DNA of 62,913 bases, the filler included, from Lenisia limosa (taxonomy: Eukaryota > Protista > Breviatea): assembly GCA_001655205.1 (NCBI GenBank). It is 14 parts of 14 records of this genome, joined end to end, with 100 filler letters (N's around TTAATTAATTAA, not from the genome) between each part and the next. Parts side by side here need not be neighbours in the genome. Positions count along the whole stretch, not along the records: positions 14,817 to 26,073 come from LPNZ01007534.1; positions 26,174 to 27,862 come from LPNZ01011222.1; positions 27,963 to 29,044 come from LPNZ01006205.1; positions 29,145 to 34,813 come from LPNZ01009101.1; positions 34,914 to 40,943 come from LPNZ01011180.1; 9 more parts are not named here. The stretch is one strand, 5' to 3'. The notes under the pieces were generated by a model, which saw only the letters and a program-made list of their open reading frames with translations, ran no database searches and was not told where the DNA came from. This document shows, one piece after another, positions 23,402 through 35,113 of this stretch. The number at the start of each line of letters is the position of its first letter. Positions within the stretch are counted from its first letter, which is position 1. The position numbers and the translations under genes are program-made.

Positions 23402-25854
23402 CCTATAATGTAGATCGTTATGAAGGCATCTTGCATATAAACTCTGTCAGGAATACGGCAGGTGGTAGCCTTTAGTGAAATGTAATGCGGCTGAACGATA
23501 AAGCTTAGTGAGAAAAATATATAAATTGACTGTAAAAACCTGAAACAATTCAGAATGATGAATAGTGAATAAATGGAGAATTTGGACTTATCCTTGACCA
23601 AAGGCATCAACATTCATTCATCCAAGCTCAATGACTTGGCCTAGCCTACCACTTTCTTCTGTTGGGAGTTTTTGCCAATAATGGACGAAATATCAGCAGG
23701 CTACAAAATCAGAGAAAAACAGGTGGCATATCCGGTCTTGAGCGGAAGGCACAAGAAGACTCGAGATTCGGGGCTACCAAAAAGCATTGTGAAGAAAGGA
23801 GCTTGACATGAAGCTTAACAACAATACCTTGACGTCGGTTTTAGGAGGAGATGGAGGTGCTGGAGGCTTCTGAGCGTCCTCATTCGTAGCAGGAGGCGAC
23901 TGGAGGGTGTAAAGATTCTATGATTCCAGCCTTCCAGCAACTATAATTAAGATTACTTTTCTAAAAGACAATAAAAAAATACCAACTATTGTCCCATTCT
24001 AGTATTGATGTAATTTGAAACGAAGAAAACCCAGTTATATGCCCACTTTCTTTACTGTTGGGACAGACGAAGACTTATATCGAAGCGGTGTTTGGGGCTG
24101 AGGATCCGAGTGGCTCTTCGGCTGAAATTGTTAATACTCGAGCTTTGTTGATCTTGTTATCAATTAGTTCTTCTGGTTGCAAATGATGCATTTCAAAATT
24201 ATGGATTTTAGGACATGGGAAAAAAATAGTCTGGAAGTAATACACTAAAACTGTAGAATAACGCAGCACTGACTGTGCTGGTTCAGGGTCTTAAACAGAT
24301 GTTCGATACGGATGCCATACCACGGGGATGGCCAAAGTGGCGCGAGTTTTTGGGTCTCTTTTCAGCCGGACTTGTGACGGCAGGCTTGATTCCTAGTCAC
24401 AGTTATCTTTACTGGGGTAATGGAAATTTCTTGGTGGATAATGGACACATGATNNNNNNNNNNNNNNNNNNNNNNNNNNNNNNNNNNNNNNNNNNNNNNN
24501 NNNNNNNNNNNNNNNNNGGCAATGGGCTTCTAGATGCATCTACAGAGTTCTGGTCCTCCTTGGGTTCTAGTCTTTCCTCTATCTGGGAGCTTATCTTCAA
24601 CGGTCATGAAGCTGCCCTAACAAGGTTCATAGCACCGTATATTCTCGATAAACCCTTTGTCAATATCGATATTAACAAAGGGTTTAACGAGAATATGCGG
24701 TGCTGTGAACTTTGTTAGGGGGGGGGGGGCAACTTCATTGCTATTGAAGATCATTCTCAACCCCACGCTGGGTAACAAGCACAACTCCAAGCTAACCTTG
24801 ATGCTTATGGCTTCGATTGGCTCTGCCTTGAGGGTGGGGGCAAAAGGGTCGAAAATAGCCGTAGGGGCAACGGCAGGCCCCTTGGGGGTGGAACCTACCT
24901 TTCTAGAATGGTTGTAAGTAGGGCTTCTTCCGTACGGTCCCAAAAAAGACTGAATATCTCGATAAATATTCGATAACTCGATATTTTAACGGTCTTTTCG
25001 GACCGTAGGGAAACACTAGATACGAATATTCCAGCCGTTTGAGAGAATGTAGCAAAATTGAAAGGATAGTTATGTTTTGGGTCAGACTGTATAATGATCA
25101 CCCCACCCCCCATGAATGGCAATCAGAGATTTTCACGTCAAAAAAGACAAATTAGCAATTCAAACACCCCAATCAAACACTGGCGTACTTCGAGAACTGT
25201 CGTGAGGGGTGCAAGTCCTTGGCGTCTTGTCGGTCCAAAGGCGCCGAAAATGGGTCAAAAGGCCGAATATCCTGTCCGTCAGATACTGCACATTCGGTTT
25301 TTGTCTGCAGGGCTTATTCTTTACCAATTCTGATAGTAGTAGCATAACATGTCTTCATTTACATCAAAATAAACTTTCTTAATACACCATGTGTTTTGTG
25401 AACCTGAAGGGAATCCCTTAAAACTGGTATGAGCCCGGCTTTGCAATGTGCACTTTACCACCCTCACCCCCTACATTCTCCACATTCTTTGCGTCCTTCA
25501 ACGCGGTAGCAATTGTGGGCTTGAGGGGGAGGGTTGGAGTTGAGGGGATCACATTTGAGGTGTGTCGTGGATCCTGGGTGGTAAGGTGTTTTGTTAATGA
25601 TAGGTCAAACAAAGAAATATAACAAGGAAGTATACGATATGATATATAGCTATATTACATTATAACTTATTATATTTTATCTAGCTATTCCATGGGATAA
25701 ACAGAAAGATGCATAAAATTGTAAAAGGTAGGTCAATAGTGCAAATTCGTCCAGATACCACCGTTAATTGCATTTTGCCGTATTTCCCTACAAAAGGGTT
25801 GAAGCCGTCTTCGTTGGAGACAACGAGAGGAGGCGACTTGAGGCGTTTGCGACC
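23402..25854 (-). CDS. Multi-exon Pro/Ser-rich hypothetical protein
   Basis: AG/GT-bounded minus exons: GRKRLKSPPLVVSNEDGFNPF, DPRHTSNVIPSTPTLPLKP.., KVGSTPKGPAVAPTAIFDPF.., IEERLEPKEDQNS.., SPPATNEDAQKPPAPPSPPKTDVK; full joining not verified. Confidence 0.4.
24919..25018 (+). mobile_element. MITE family A, subtype A2
   Basis: TIRs and TA flanks; further copy at 25897-25985. Confidence 0.85.
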
Positions 25855-27586
25855 CTAAGAAGTAAGCCAGATATGGAACTCTGTATCACTAATAAATAGG
25901 AGTTTCCTACGGTCCCAAAAAAGACTAAATGTCTCGATAAATCCTCGATAAATATCGATATTGTACCGGTCTTTTTTTAGACCTAATAATAAATATAATC
26001 TCATTATAACCAAATAGCACTTGGAGGTATATATCAGCTAGTGATATATTAAAACCCCACCCCCACACACACGNNNNNNNNNNNNNNNNNNNNNNNNNNN
26101 NNNNNNNNNNNNNNNNNTTAATTAATTAANNNNNNNNNNNNNNNNNNNNNNNNNNNNNNNNNNNNNNNNNNNNTGGGGGGGAGGTAAGTATAAACTAACA
26201 GGTGTTGGGCTCCGTGCAATTAATTCAATCATCGATTGCAAAATTTGAAGTGAGACCGATTGTCATGGGAGCTGTATTTCAGACACTTTAATATCAATTT
26301 TGTCAATTTATTTCTTCAAACAATTGTTTGCACGAAGGACTAAACAGAATAGAATTTAGTTTAGAGCCTCGTCTAGATACCCAATAATGACTGCTTCAGG
26401 CTCGACCTCGCTGTACGCTTGTGCGGCCAAATCCGTGACTATCGGCGGNNNNNNNNNNNNNNNNNNNNNNNNNNNNNNNNNNNNNNNNNNNNNNNNNNNN
26501 NNNNNNNNNNNNNNNNNNNNNNNNNNNNNNNNNNNNNNNNNNNNNNNNNNNNNNNNNNNNNNNNNNNNNNNNNNNNNNNNNNNNNNNNNNNNNNNNNNNN
26601 NNNNNNNNNNNNNNNNNNNNNNNNNNNNNNNNNNNNNNNNNNNNNNNNNNNNATGTTCGGGTGAATTAGTGCGCAATAAACTGTCCGGTTCGCATTACAG
26701 CCTTCTCGTTCATGGATGTGGGAAGGGAGGGAGGCTCTTTTGATGATGACTTTCATTTTTCCATTGTCATTACAAATTCATATCTTATGATATTCAAATT
26801 TAACCAGTGCCCACTCATCTTAGTCTGCATTAATTGTTTTGCTTTTGCATGATTTCTGTTGTAATCACAACTGTGTTGATTTGTTGTTTCAAATATCTCT
26901 TTTGAGTGAATAATACATATTTAGCCTGCCCTGGGGTCATGGGTATGGCGTCTGCTCATGCTGAAGCAAAATGCCGCTCTTCTGGGTCTGCTTCTGAGGT
27001 GGGAAGGGGGTGAAAATTGAAATTGTTGAGAAAAATCAACTGTTGTCAGTACATTCACATTGGTCTCATTTCTGCTCTTAATGAATGGAAGCCAGTTCAT
27101 CCTAAATACATCTACTCACAATTTTAGTTAGAACAGATTGCAAGTTTACCCAGTATCTACCGTGAAGTTGTCGGGGGGTCCGCACATATCGCGGCTATTT
27201 AGTTTGTATTTATGTTGTTATGTTTCAAAGTTACAAATTTGTATTAGATTTTATGCTCTCTTTTTGGGAAACCCACATGGGGTACTGTAGAAAAATCTCA
27301 TACACATTCGTAGTGCGCAGCTCACAGGAATAATGGAAACTCTCAGGATCCTGCTTTCAACTTCATTTCACACCCCTCTCAACATAAATTCTTCATTTCA
27401 CACCCCTCACCGCAACATAAATTCTTCAAAAATCCCTCTGTGTCCTTTTTGATTAGTGATTCTGATTAGATAGGGATGTGTGGGTAAAATCGGACCATTT
27501 ACATAACAAAAGAAGCGTGTGACTTGACATGGGTGGCACCCTAGAATCTCGAAACAGACAGCACACGTTACCATAACAAAAAATGT

Positions 27587-27680
27587 CTAATCCGCATAAT
27601 CATCGTCATAATCATCGTAATCATTGTAGTCATAGCCCTCCTCGAAGACCTCCTGATAACCACCTTCGCCATAGGGATAC
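27587..27680 (-). CDS. Possible terminal exon, Tyr/Asp-rich
   Basis: YPYGEGGYQEVFEEGYDYNDYDDYDDDYAD-stop after an AG acceptor. Confidence 0.3.
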
Positions 27681-27962
27681 CTATCATGAGTGGAATCAGG
27701 TATAGTGCTATATGGACAGGAAATCATGTATAATGTCACGTGAGGAGGGAATCGTGTATAGTTCCATATGAGCAGGACTATATACGGATATACAATTTCA
27801 TAAGAGTAGGGATATCCACCCTCACCCCCCCCCCCACCTCATTTTATTGTCCCTCCTGCGTCNNNNNNNNNNNNNNNNNNNNNNNNNNNNNNNNNNNNNN
27901 NNNNNNTTAATTAATTAANNNNNNNNNNNNNNNNNNNNNNNNNNNNNNNNNNNNNNNNNNNN

Positions 27963-29044
27963 GTCGTCCATTCCAGAGGCGGCGTCCAGCACCGCATCTT
28001 CAAGTGACATGCCTGGGGGTGTAAGATTGGAAAATGTATGAAACAAAAAAAGAAGCCCAAAATCAACTCTGCTGGGGATGTTGTACTTATAATTGACGAA
28101 TAGAGACATAGTACATAAAAATAAAAAATAAGGTTGTGTTTGGCCGAAGCCGTCCACACCATCTGATTAATGCCCCCGCACCATCGGGAAGCTCAAAGGG
28201 GCCGACAGAAATCTGAACCGACGCCGCTGCTGAACATCCCAAACGGTCACTGTGATATAAGGGATGAAATTGGAGAATTGATGAAACAAAAAACAAAAAC
28301 AAAAAACATCCCAAAACCAAGCAGTTAAAATGTTTACACCATGACCCGATCCACACGCAGACATATGTATATCATATGATAATATTAGAAAAGTACAATG
28401 TACTACATGTAAATAATGCACCCCCCACCTGATTATGATAACGATTGATGCGTTGCCAGCAGGGAGGGCAAGAGTGGCAGAAGGGAGTACCGTTGGAGAG
28501 GTCAGAGTAGAAAGCGAAGAGTCGGATTGAAGAAGGAACTGCAAAGGTTAGTGTGTGTTATTTGTTAGTTTGAAGAAGGGACTGCGACGGGTTAGTTTGA
28601 AGAGACGAGATTATAGTATGAGAATATTAACACTTTTCCATAATATAAATTGCTCCTACCTAAAGCTTCACTTCAGTTCGAAATTCAGTCTTGTTTCGAA
28701 CCGAAGTGAAGCCCTACTTACCCCATGCAGTTCCCACCTCCAAATTGATACTTCACAGCCTTCTAAACTTCCTCCTACCAATCATCACTTTATAAACATC
28801 CCTCTTCCCCATAACTAGGGCTTCCCTACGGTCCCAAAAAAGACTGAATTTCTCGATAAATCTTCGATAAATATCGATATTTAACCGGTCCTTTTCGAAC
28901 CGTAGAGAAGCCCTACCCATAAGACAAGAAAACACCCTCACCTGATAAGAAAGTGGCAGATGCTCAGATTCATCCTCCCATCCTTGACACGTGACCGTCA
29001 AGCTGCTTCCTGCTGTGGGTGCGGCGCCGGAGCTGAGTGCACAT
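27963..29044 (-). CDS. REJ-domain (polycystin-1/REJ-like) protein fragment
   Basis: Four exons join as LTVTCQGWEDESEHLPLSYQF..LPAGNASIVIIISDRLGCSAAASVQISV, matching the REJ pattern C.GW.D..LPL.Y.F..LP.G..D.LG. Confidence 0.65.
28013..28078 (-). mobile_element. Family C, 3' half ending at acceptor of REJ-gene exon
   Basis: Minus strand: cagagttgattttgggcttctttttttgtttcatacattttccaatcttacacccccAG; degenerate copy near the next acceptor at 28250-28330. Confidence 0.85.
28816..28915 (+). mobile_element. MITE family A (A2 left arm, mixed right arm)
   Basis: TA-flanked full copy; deleted A1 copy at 28660-28716 in the same intron. Confidence 0.9.
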
Positions 29045-29558
29045 NNNNNNNNNNNNNNNNNNNNNNNNNNNNNNNNNNNNNNNNNNNNTTAATTAATTAA
29101 NNNNNNNNNNNNNNNNNNNNNNNNNNNNNNNNNNNNNNNNNNNNGATATATAATATTAGTATATCTCATATATATGCCTCCTAGCTGAAGTTTCAAAGGG
29201 AAAACAACGAAATATCATCATTACAGCTCATTAGTTTACTTACTGATACTGTGATTATTGTTAGTGTCTTGTTTATTGATAAACATAGATAGAAAGGAAA
29301 GAGAGGTAACTTCTCCATTTCACTAAAATAAAATCACTTCAAACAACATTCTACCCCTTCATATATTCTTCTTTTGTGTATATATTGACGTTCTCACAAT
29401 ACTGACTCTAAATAAATGCGTGAGTGCGTTTGGGTTTTTTTGGGGAATAAAGGAGTGAACTGAACTTAGGTCACCCAGTTTTTTGCTTTTATAAAAAAAT
29501 TTTTCGTCGCAGAAGGCCTTTTAGAATCCCATTCTTAGGGTTTCTACTTTTAAATCAC

Positions 29559-32500
29559 ATGTCTGATCAAGATAGGGCACAGTCAGCCCGGTTTGTTGAG
29601 CTTTGTATTTCTTACCCCATGCTAACTGACCTTTAGGCCAAGGAACCAGCAGGGAAACCAACCTCATCCTCAAGGTAATGATTGTTCTGTATTTATTATC
29701 TTTTTTTTTGCTCAAACTAATTCCCAAATCCCGATATTTCCTGTGTTTTATTCAAATTTGGCTTTGATTAACTCATTTTAGCTTTCCAGCAAGGGGGGGT
29801 CCCCCCCCCTCACATCCAGAATCCTAGGGTAGGCCTTCTTGGATGTAAATTCCTTGCATAAGTTGATAGTGTTGATATTCACGATATTTTGAGCGGATTG
29901 TTTTCTTGTTTGACTGAGATTAGCAGCAGTATTTCAATCCTCGTCCTCAGCCAGGCTTCTATCCCGGTCCCCAGTACCCCATCCATCCTCAATATGGTAT
30001 GAAGGGCATTTTCTCAGCCTAAGCAACCCCATATATTACTTTCCCTCCTCATTCGCTTTTCTTTTACTTTGCTTCTGAACATCTTTCTTGTACTTATCAT
30101 CTAATTTGTATCAACATTCATACACCGTAGGGTTATAATCAGCAAGAAATATGTCCTAGTAAACAGAGGAAAAGGTGCTCATCATTATACATCCGACTCT
30201 GAGGAACTCTCCCTGCATTTCCATCAACAATCGTCAATTTGAAAATGTACATAGTTTACGCTTCTAGCCGGCTATAGTAACATGATGCCTGGACAACCTT
30301 CCGTGATGGTTCTGCCTCCTGTAAGCAATCTTGCCACCTTTTGTCTCCATATTAGTCAACCAACACTTCCATTCTTCCATCACAGACTGAGAATATCAAT
30401 AGTCTTGCCATGCTTTATTTTGGGTTGAAGTGAGCCCTTTCCAGATACATCTACAATTCTTCTTCTCTCTCTCCCGCGCTTACGCCAATATTTTTTATCG
30501 AAATTTCCTTCGTTTTACTACCCCACTTACACCCCGTAGCAGCAACCCCCTGTTGCCGCTCAGCCCCAGCCTAAGCCCGTCACCATCAAAATCACCGTAA
30601 GAGGGGGGGGGGGCTGTTTCGGGGCCAATATGGAGGGGAAAGTCAAGAATTTCAATGATAATGTATAAACAACTGGCCTGGCTTTGTTTTTGTTGTTATC
30701 AACCCTTGTGTGTTGTCCCTTCTAAAAAGGACCCCTACCCTTACCCCGTTCGTTTCAAAGTGGACAGTTTTTCCTTTTTACTCTCCCCCTGACCCTTACT
30801 CCTGAAGAAAAAGGGACCCCATGGACACGTTTCCTAGTTTAGCCCCTCACACACACGCACACCTCCTAAATCATCATGCACATTATTCCCTTCTTTTTTC
30901 CCCCTGTCACCCTTGCAGAAGAAGGACGGCTCTGACTGGAAGGCTCAGAACAGCCCCAGTGAACCTGCTTCCACCGCCACCGCCGCTCCCGCTGCTGCCC
31001 CGGGTGAGCGTTGCTATTAGATCTTCATCTCTATCCGAAAATAGACTGAATTTCTCTAAATCGTCGAATGATGTCGTATATAACGGTCTTTTTTTTGCCT
31101 AGTTACCTGGGCTTCTTTACCCCCATTAGCCCACACAAACTGATTCACTTTGAGACTTAGTGGTCTCTTCTCAGTCACCCCCCCCCCCCCNNNNNNNNNN
31201 NNNNNNNNNNNNNNNNNNNNNNNNNNNNNNNNNNNNNNNNNNNNNNNNNNNNNNNNNNNNNNNNNNNNNNNNNNNNNNNNNNNNNNNNNNNNNNNNNNNN
31301 NNNNNNNNNATTGTCCATCGTTTACCCACCAGCCCCGGTCGCCACCCCCCAGTTCAGCATCAAAACCCGTGATGGCAACGACTTTAAGCCGAAGGAAACG
31401 CTTGCCGCGTCCCCCAAAGCCGTGTCTGCCCCCGTCATCAAGCCCAACCCCAACAAGGTATCCCGAAGTGTTGAATCATATCCACTAGTGATGAGCATAT
31501 GACCAACTTTCGAGTCGAAATGATGAACGAAGATAGTGAATATCGAAATACTATGATATTATCATGTGTTGACCCAACTCCCATAATTACGATTCTTTGA
31601 CTATCATTGTTTAGTATATTTCTCTTCACCTGATCTTCATTCACCCCCCAGCCTGTTGTCACCAAGCCTACCGAGAAGGTTGTCAAGGAGACCAAGAAGG
31701 ACGCTGAGCCTGCCACGCCCAAGGAAAAGCCCATTAAAGTGGGATGGGTTTTGTCTATCGTTTAATTGTCGTTTTTATTGTCACTATTATAGTATATGAT
31801 AGATAATTCAATAATTCTTGGACGGCTTCGGCCAGATACAGCCTTGTTTTTTATTTCTCGTTGCTATGTATTATTATTGTTCTTTTCATTATATCAAGGC
31901 AATAATAATAATAATAACGACAGTATCGATATTTATCCAAGATTTATCGAGAAATTATGAACCGCACCTTGACGGAGTAGATCGAGGTCAAGCCCAAGGT
32001 TGAGCAGAAGAAGCCCGAAAAGAAGGCTGAAACCAAGCCCGCAGCCAAGCCTGCCAAGGCCGAGAAGCCTGCCCCCAAGACCGAGAAGACCGAAAAGCCT
32101 GCCGCTAAGGTTGAGAAGCCCGCTGAGAAGCCGGCTGTCAAGAAGGCTGAGCCTGTCGTTGCTGGTATGAGGCTTCTTTCTGTGACTCCTTGCATTCAAT
32201 GTGTGAATNNNNNNNNNNNNNNNNNNNNNNNNNNNNNNNNNNNNNNNNNNNNNNNNNNNNNNNNNNNNNNNNNNNNNNNNNNNNNNNNNNNNNNNNNNNN
32301 NTCCAATTGAGTTGACATACTGTAAGGAGAACGCTATTTCAAACTTCAACTTTCAAATGTGGCCATCTTATTAATTACACTGACTGACTTCTTTCATTGT
32401 TCTCATAAACAGTTATTTTTGTGATATTTCTTTTGCTACCGAAACGTTTCTGTCAAAACAATCAACTTATGCCAGTTCAATCGCAAACCCCTGACCATCC

Positions 32501-34718
32501 AGCCGCCCCAGTCGCTGTAGCTCCCACCCCCGAGGCCGAAGACGATGATGACGGCGGATGGGTGACGTCATCTCGCAAGCGTGGCAAGAAGAAGCCCCAG
32601 GAGAAGCCAGCCCGTGGCGGGCGTGGAGGTCGTGGCCGTGGCCGTGACAACAACGTTGAGCCTCGCGAGCGCAGCGATCGTGATGAGAACGGCCGCGGAC
32701 GTGGTCGTGGCCGTGGTGGTCGTGGAAGAGGCCGTGGACGTGATGAGCGTGGTGAGGATCGCGAAGACGTGCGGCGCAAGGATGAGGACAAGAAGAGGGC
32801 TGAAGAAGAGAAGAAGAAGCTCGCTGAGAAGAAGCAGGAGGAAGCTGAAAAGCTGAAGAAGGAGGAAGAGGAGAAGAAGAGGATTGAGGAAGAAGAGATG
32901 AAGAAACAGGAAGAAGAGGAGGAAAAGAAGAAGAAGGAAGAGGAGGAAGAGAAGAAGAAGAATGAAGAAGAAGAAGAGAAGAAAAAGAAGGAAGAGGAGG
33001 AGAAGAAGAAGCAGGAAGAGGAAGAGAAGAAGAAAAAGGAGGCTGAGGAGAAAGCTGAAGCAGAGAAGAAGAAGCAACTCGAAGAGCAGAAGAAGCGTAT
33101 TGAGGAAGAGGAGAAGAAGAAGATTGAGGAGCAAGAGAAGGCTGCCGCTGCCAAGCTTCAAGCAGAGAAGGAAGAAACCAGGCTTGTCGAAGACGCCAAG
33201 AAGGAAGAGACTGAGGCTAAGAAGAAGGTTGAGGAGAAGAAGCGCCAAGTCAATATTCTTGGCCGCAAGGCTCCTACTATTTCCCCCGCCAGCTCTCCCG
33301 AGCCTCGCCCCCAGGTTCGTCAGGGTTTTATTGGGGAAATACTAGGACTAGGGCTTCCCTATGGTCCCAAAAAAGACTGAATTTCCCGAACGTCTTTTTC
33401 GGACCGTAGAGAAGCCCCAACTATGACTCATCAGTTGATTTCTGGTATTGTGTTTCGGGACTTTCCATATTATTGGCAGTGGACTTGTTTGATTTATTAT
33501 CCCAGAATTTTGTTTCCCTCTCTCTTTTCCCCCCTATTAATAACAGTATTTTACTCTTCTTCCCCCCCGCCAGGCCNNNNNNNNNNNNNNNNNNNNNNNN
33601 NNNNNNNNNNNNNNNNNNNNNNNNNNNNNNNNNNNNNNNNNNNNNNNNNNNNNNNNNNNNNNNNNNNNNNNNNNNNNTCGTTGCCCCTGTCCCGACCACG
33701 TCATACAGCGCCGTGCCCATCAAGTCTGCCGGCAAGAGATCTTACAGCCGCGATGAGCTTCTCGAGGTGGGAACCCCAGATGGATTTAATTCCTCGTATC
33801 CTGTCAACAGAGTGATTCTGAACAGAGTTGATTCTTGGCTCTTTTTTTTAAGGTTTCATAAATTTTACAATCCCCCCGCTGGAGTCATAGGCAGAAGCTA
33901 CTGGCGTGGGCTTTGTTTTGTTGTTATCAACCCTCGTGTGTTTTTAGGCTCTTTTTATTTTGTTTCATAAATTTTCCAATTTCACCCCCCCCCCCNNNNN
34001 NNNNNNNNNNNNNNNNNNNNNNNNNNNNNNNNNNNNNNNNNNNNNNNNNNNNNNNNNNNNNNNNNNNNNNTGAGATCCCGGGCGTTACCAGTGTCACCGG
34101 CCAGCAGCAGCAGAAGGTGGGTGTTTTAGTGATACATTAGTAGGGCGTCCCTCTGGTCCGAAAAAAAGACCGTTTAAATGTCGATATTTATCGAGGATTT
34201 ATCGAGATATTTGTTCTTTTTGGGATCGCAGTGAAGCCCTACACATTAGGCAACTCTTTTTTCTTTTCTTTTTTTCCTTCTCCAAAACCAGGATCGTTCA
34301 AAGCCGTGCTGAATTCCAACTAACCCCTCAGCGCGCCGCCGTACCTCCCCACCAATACCACCCCGGACACGGCCAGCAACGCCAATATGTAGGCACGGAA
34401 AATTCATTATGATTTCATTTTCAAAGCTGTCGGAGCTTGGAGATATGTTGGTGAGGTTATGAATGCTATTTTCACTTCGGTTCGAAAAAAGACTTAATTT
34501 CTTTTTCGAACCAAAGTGAAGCCCTATTCCCAAGTCAATATTAGGGCTTCACCTCGGTTCTTGGCTTTACCCTCCAGGGCAACAGAAGCCAACGCGGCGG
34601 TCGCGGCAACAGGCAGCAAGGAGGTCAGAGAGGCAAGCGCCAATCCGCTCCCTCCACTCCCATTGATGAGTCGCTCAACCTCGCTGAGAACCGCTACATC
34701 CCCAAGGCCCTCCAGAAG
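29559..34718 (+). CDS. eIF4G: Translation initiation factor eIF4G, N-terminal part (cut by contig end before the MIF4G domain)
   Basis: P/Q/Y-rich start, RGG boxes, canonical eIF4E-binding YxxxxL-phi motif KRSYSRDELLE (~33740-33770), and LNLAENRYIP resembling the L..AE.AW.P motif before MIF4G. Confidence 0.8.
33349..33418 (+). mobile_element. MITE family A, A2, internally deleted
   Basis: Both TIRs present, core shortened; eIF4G intron. Confidence 0.85.
33822..33995 (+). mobile_element. Family C, tandem 1.4 copies at the 3' end of an eIF4G intron
   Basis: 3' fragment joined to ctggagtc.. copy at 33879; ends in poly-C running into the mask that hides the acceptor. Confidence 0.8.
34141..34241 (-). 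mobile_element. MITE family A, inverted core
   Basis: TA-flanked; eIF4G intron; partial copies at 34470-34525 and 34542-34562. Confidence 0.85.
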
Positions 34719-34913
34719 GTTTGTTCTTTTCGTGTTGTTTCGGGTTCTCTTTTTTTAAAAGCTCTTTTTTCAATTTTACCAGATTTTGTGCTTTTTTTTT
34801 TTTTTTTTTTTTTNNNNNNNNNNNNNNNNNNNNNNNNNNNNNNNNNNNNNNNNNNNNTTAATTAATTAANNNNNNNNNNNNNNNNNNNNNNNNNNNNNNN
34901 NNNNNNNNNNNNN

Positions 34914-34969
34914 AAAACAAACAAAGCCCAGGTCAGTCGCTTCTGCAGCACCGAATCCCATCACTCCAG
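34914..34969 (-). mobile_element. Family C, 5' part (cut by contig end)
   Basis: Minus strand: gcacg-ctggagtgatgggattcggtgctgcagaagcgac; sense to actinin. Confidence 0.85.
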
Positions 34970-35007
34970 CGTGCAAGATCTTAGCTCCTCCCCGCTCGAC
35001 CATACCT

Positions 35008-35093
35008 TCAGTTTCACTTCGGTTCGAAAGAGAACGGTAAAATATCGATAATATCAAAGAAATATCGAAAATTCGAACCGAAGTGAAGCCTTA
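35008..35093 (-). mobile_element. MITE family A, A1
   Basis: ttcacttcggttcgaaa..ttcgaaccgaagtgaagcctta; actinin intron. Confidence 0.85.
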
Positions 35094-35113
35094 GCTATAC
35101 CCCCCCCCTCTAC

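Noticed and set aside
24275-24917. Plus-strand Gly-rich ORFs
   Set aside because: Minus-strand segments have proper AG/GT boundaries and fit the flanking minus exons; the plus ORFs are likely shadows.
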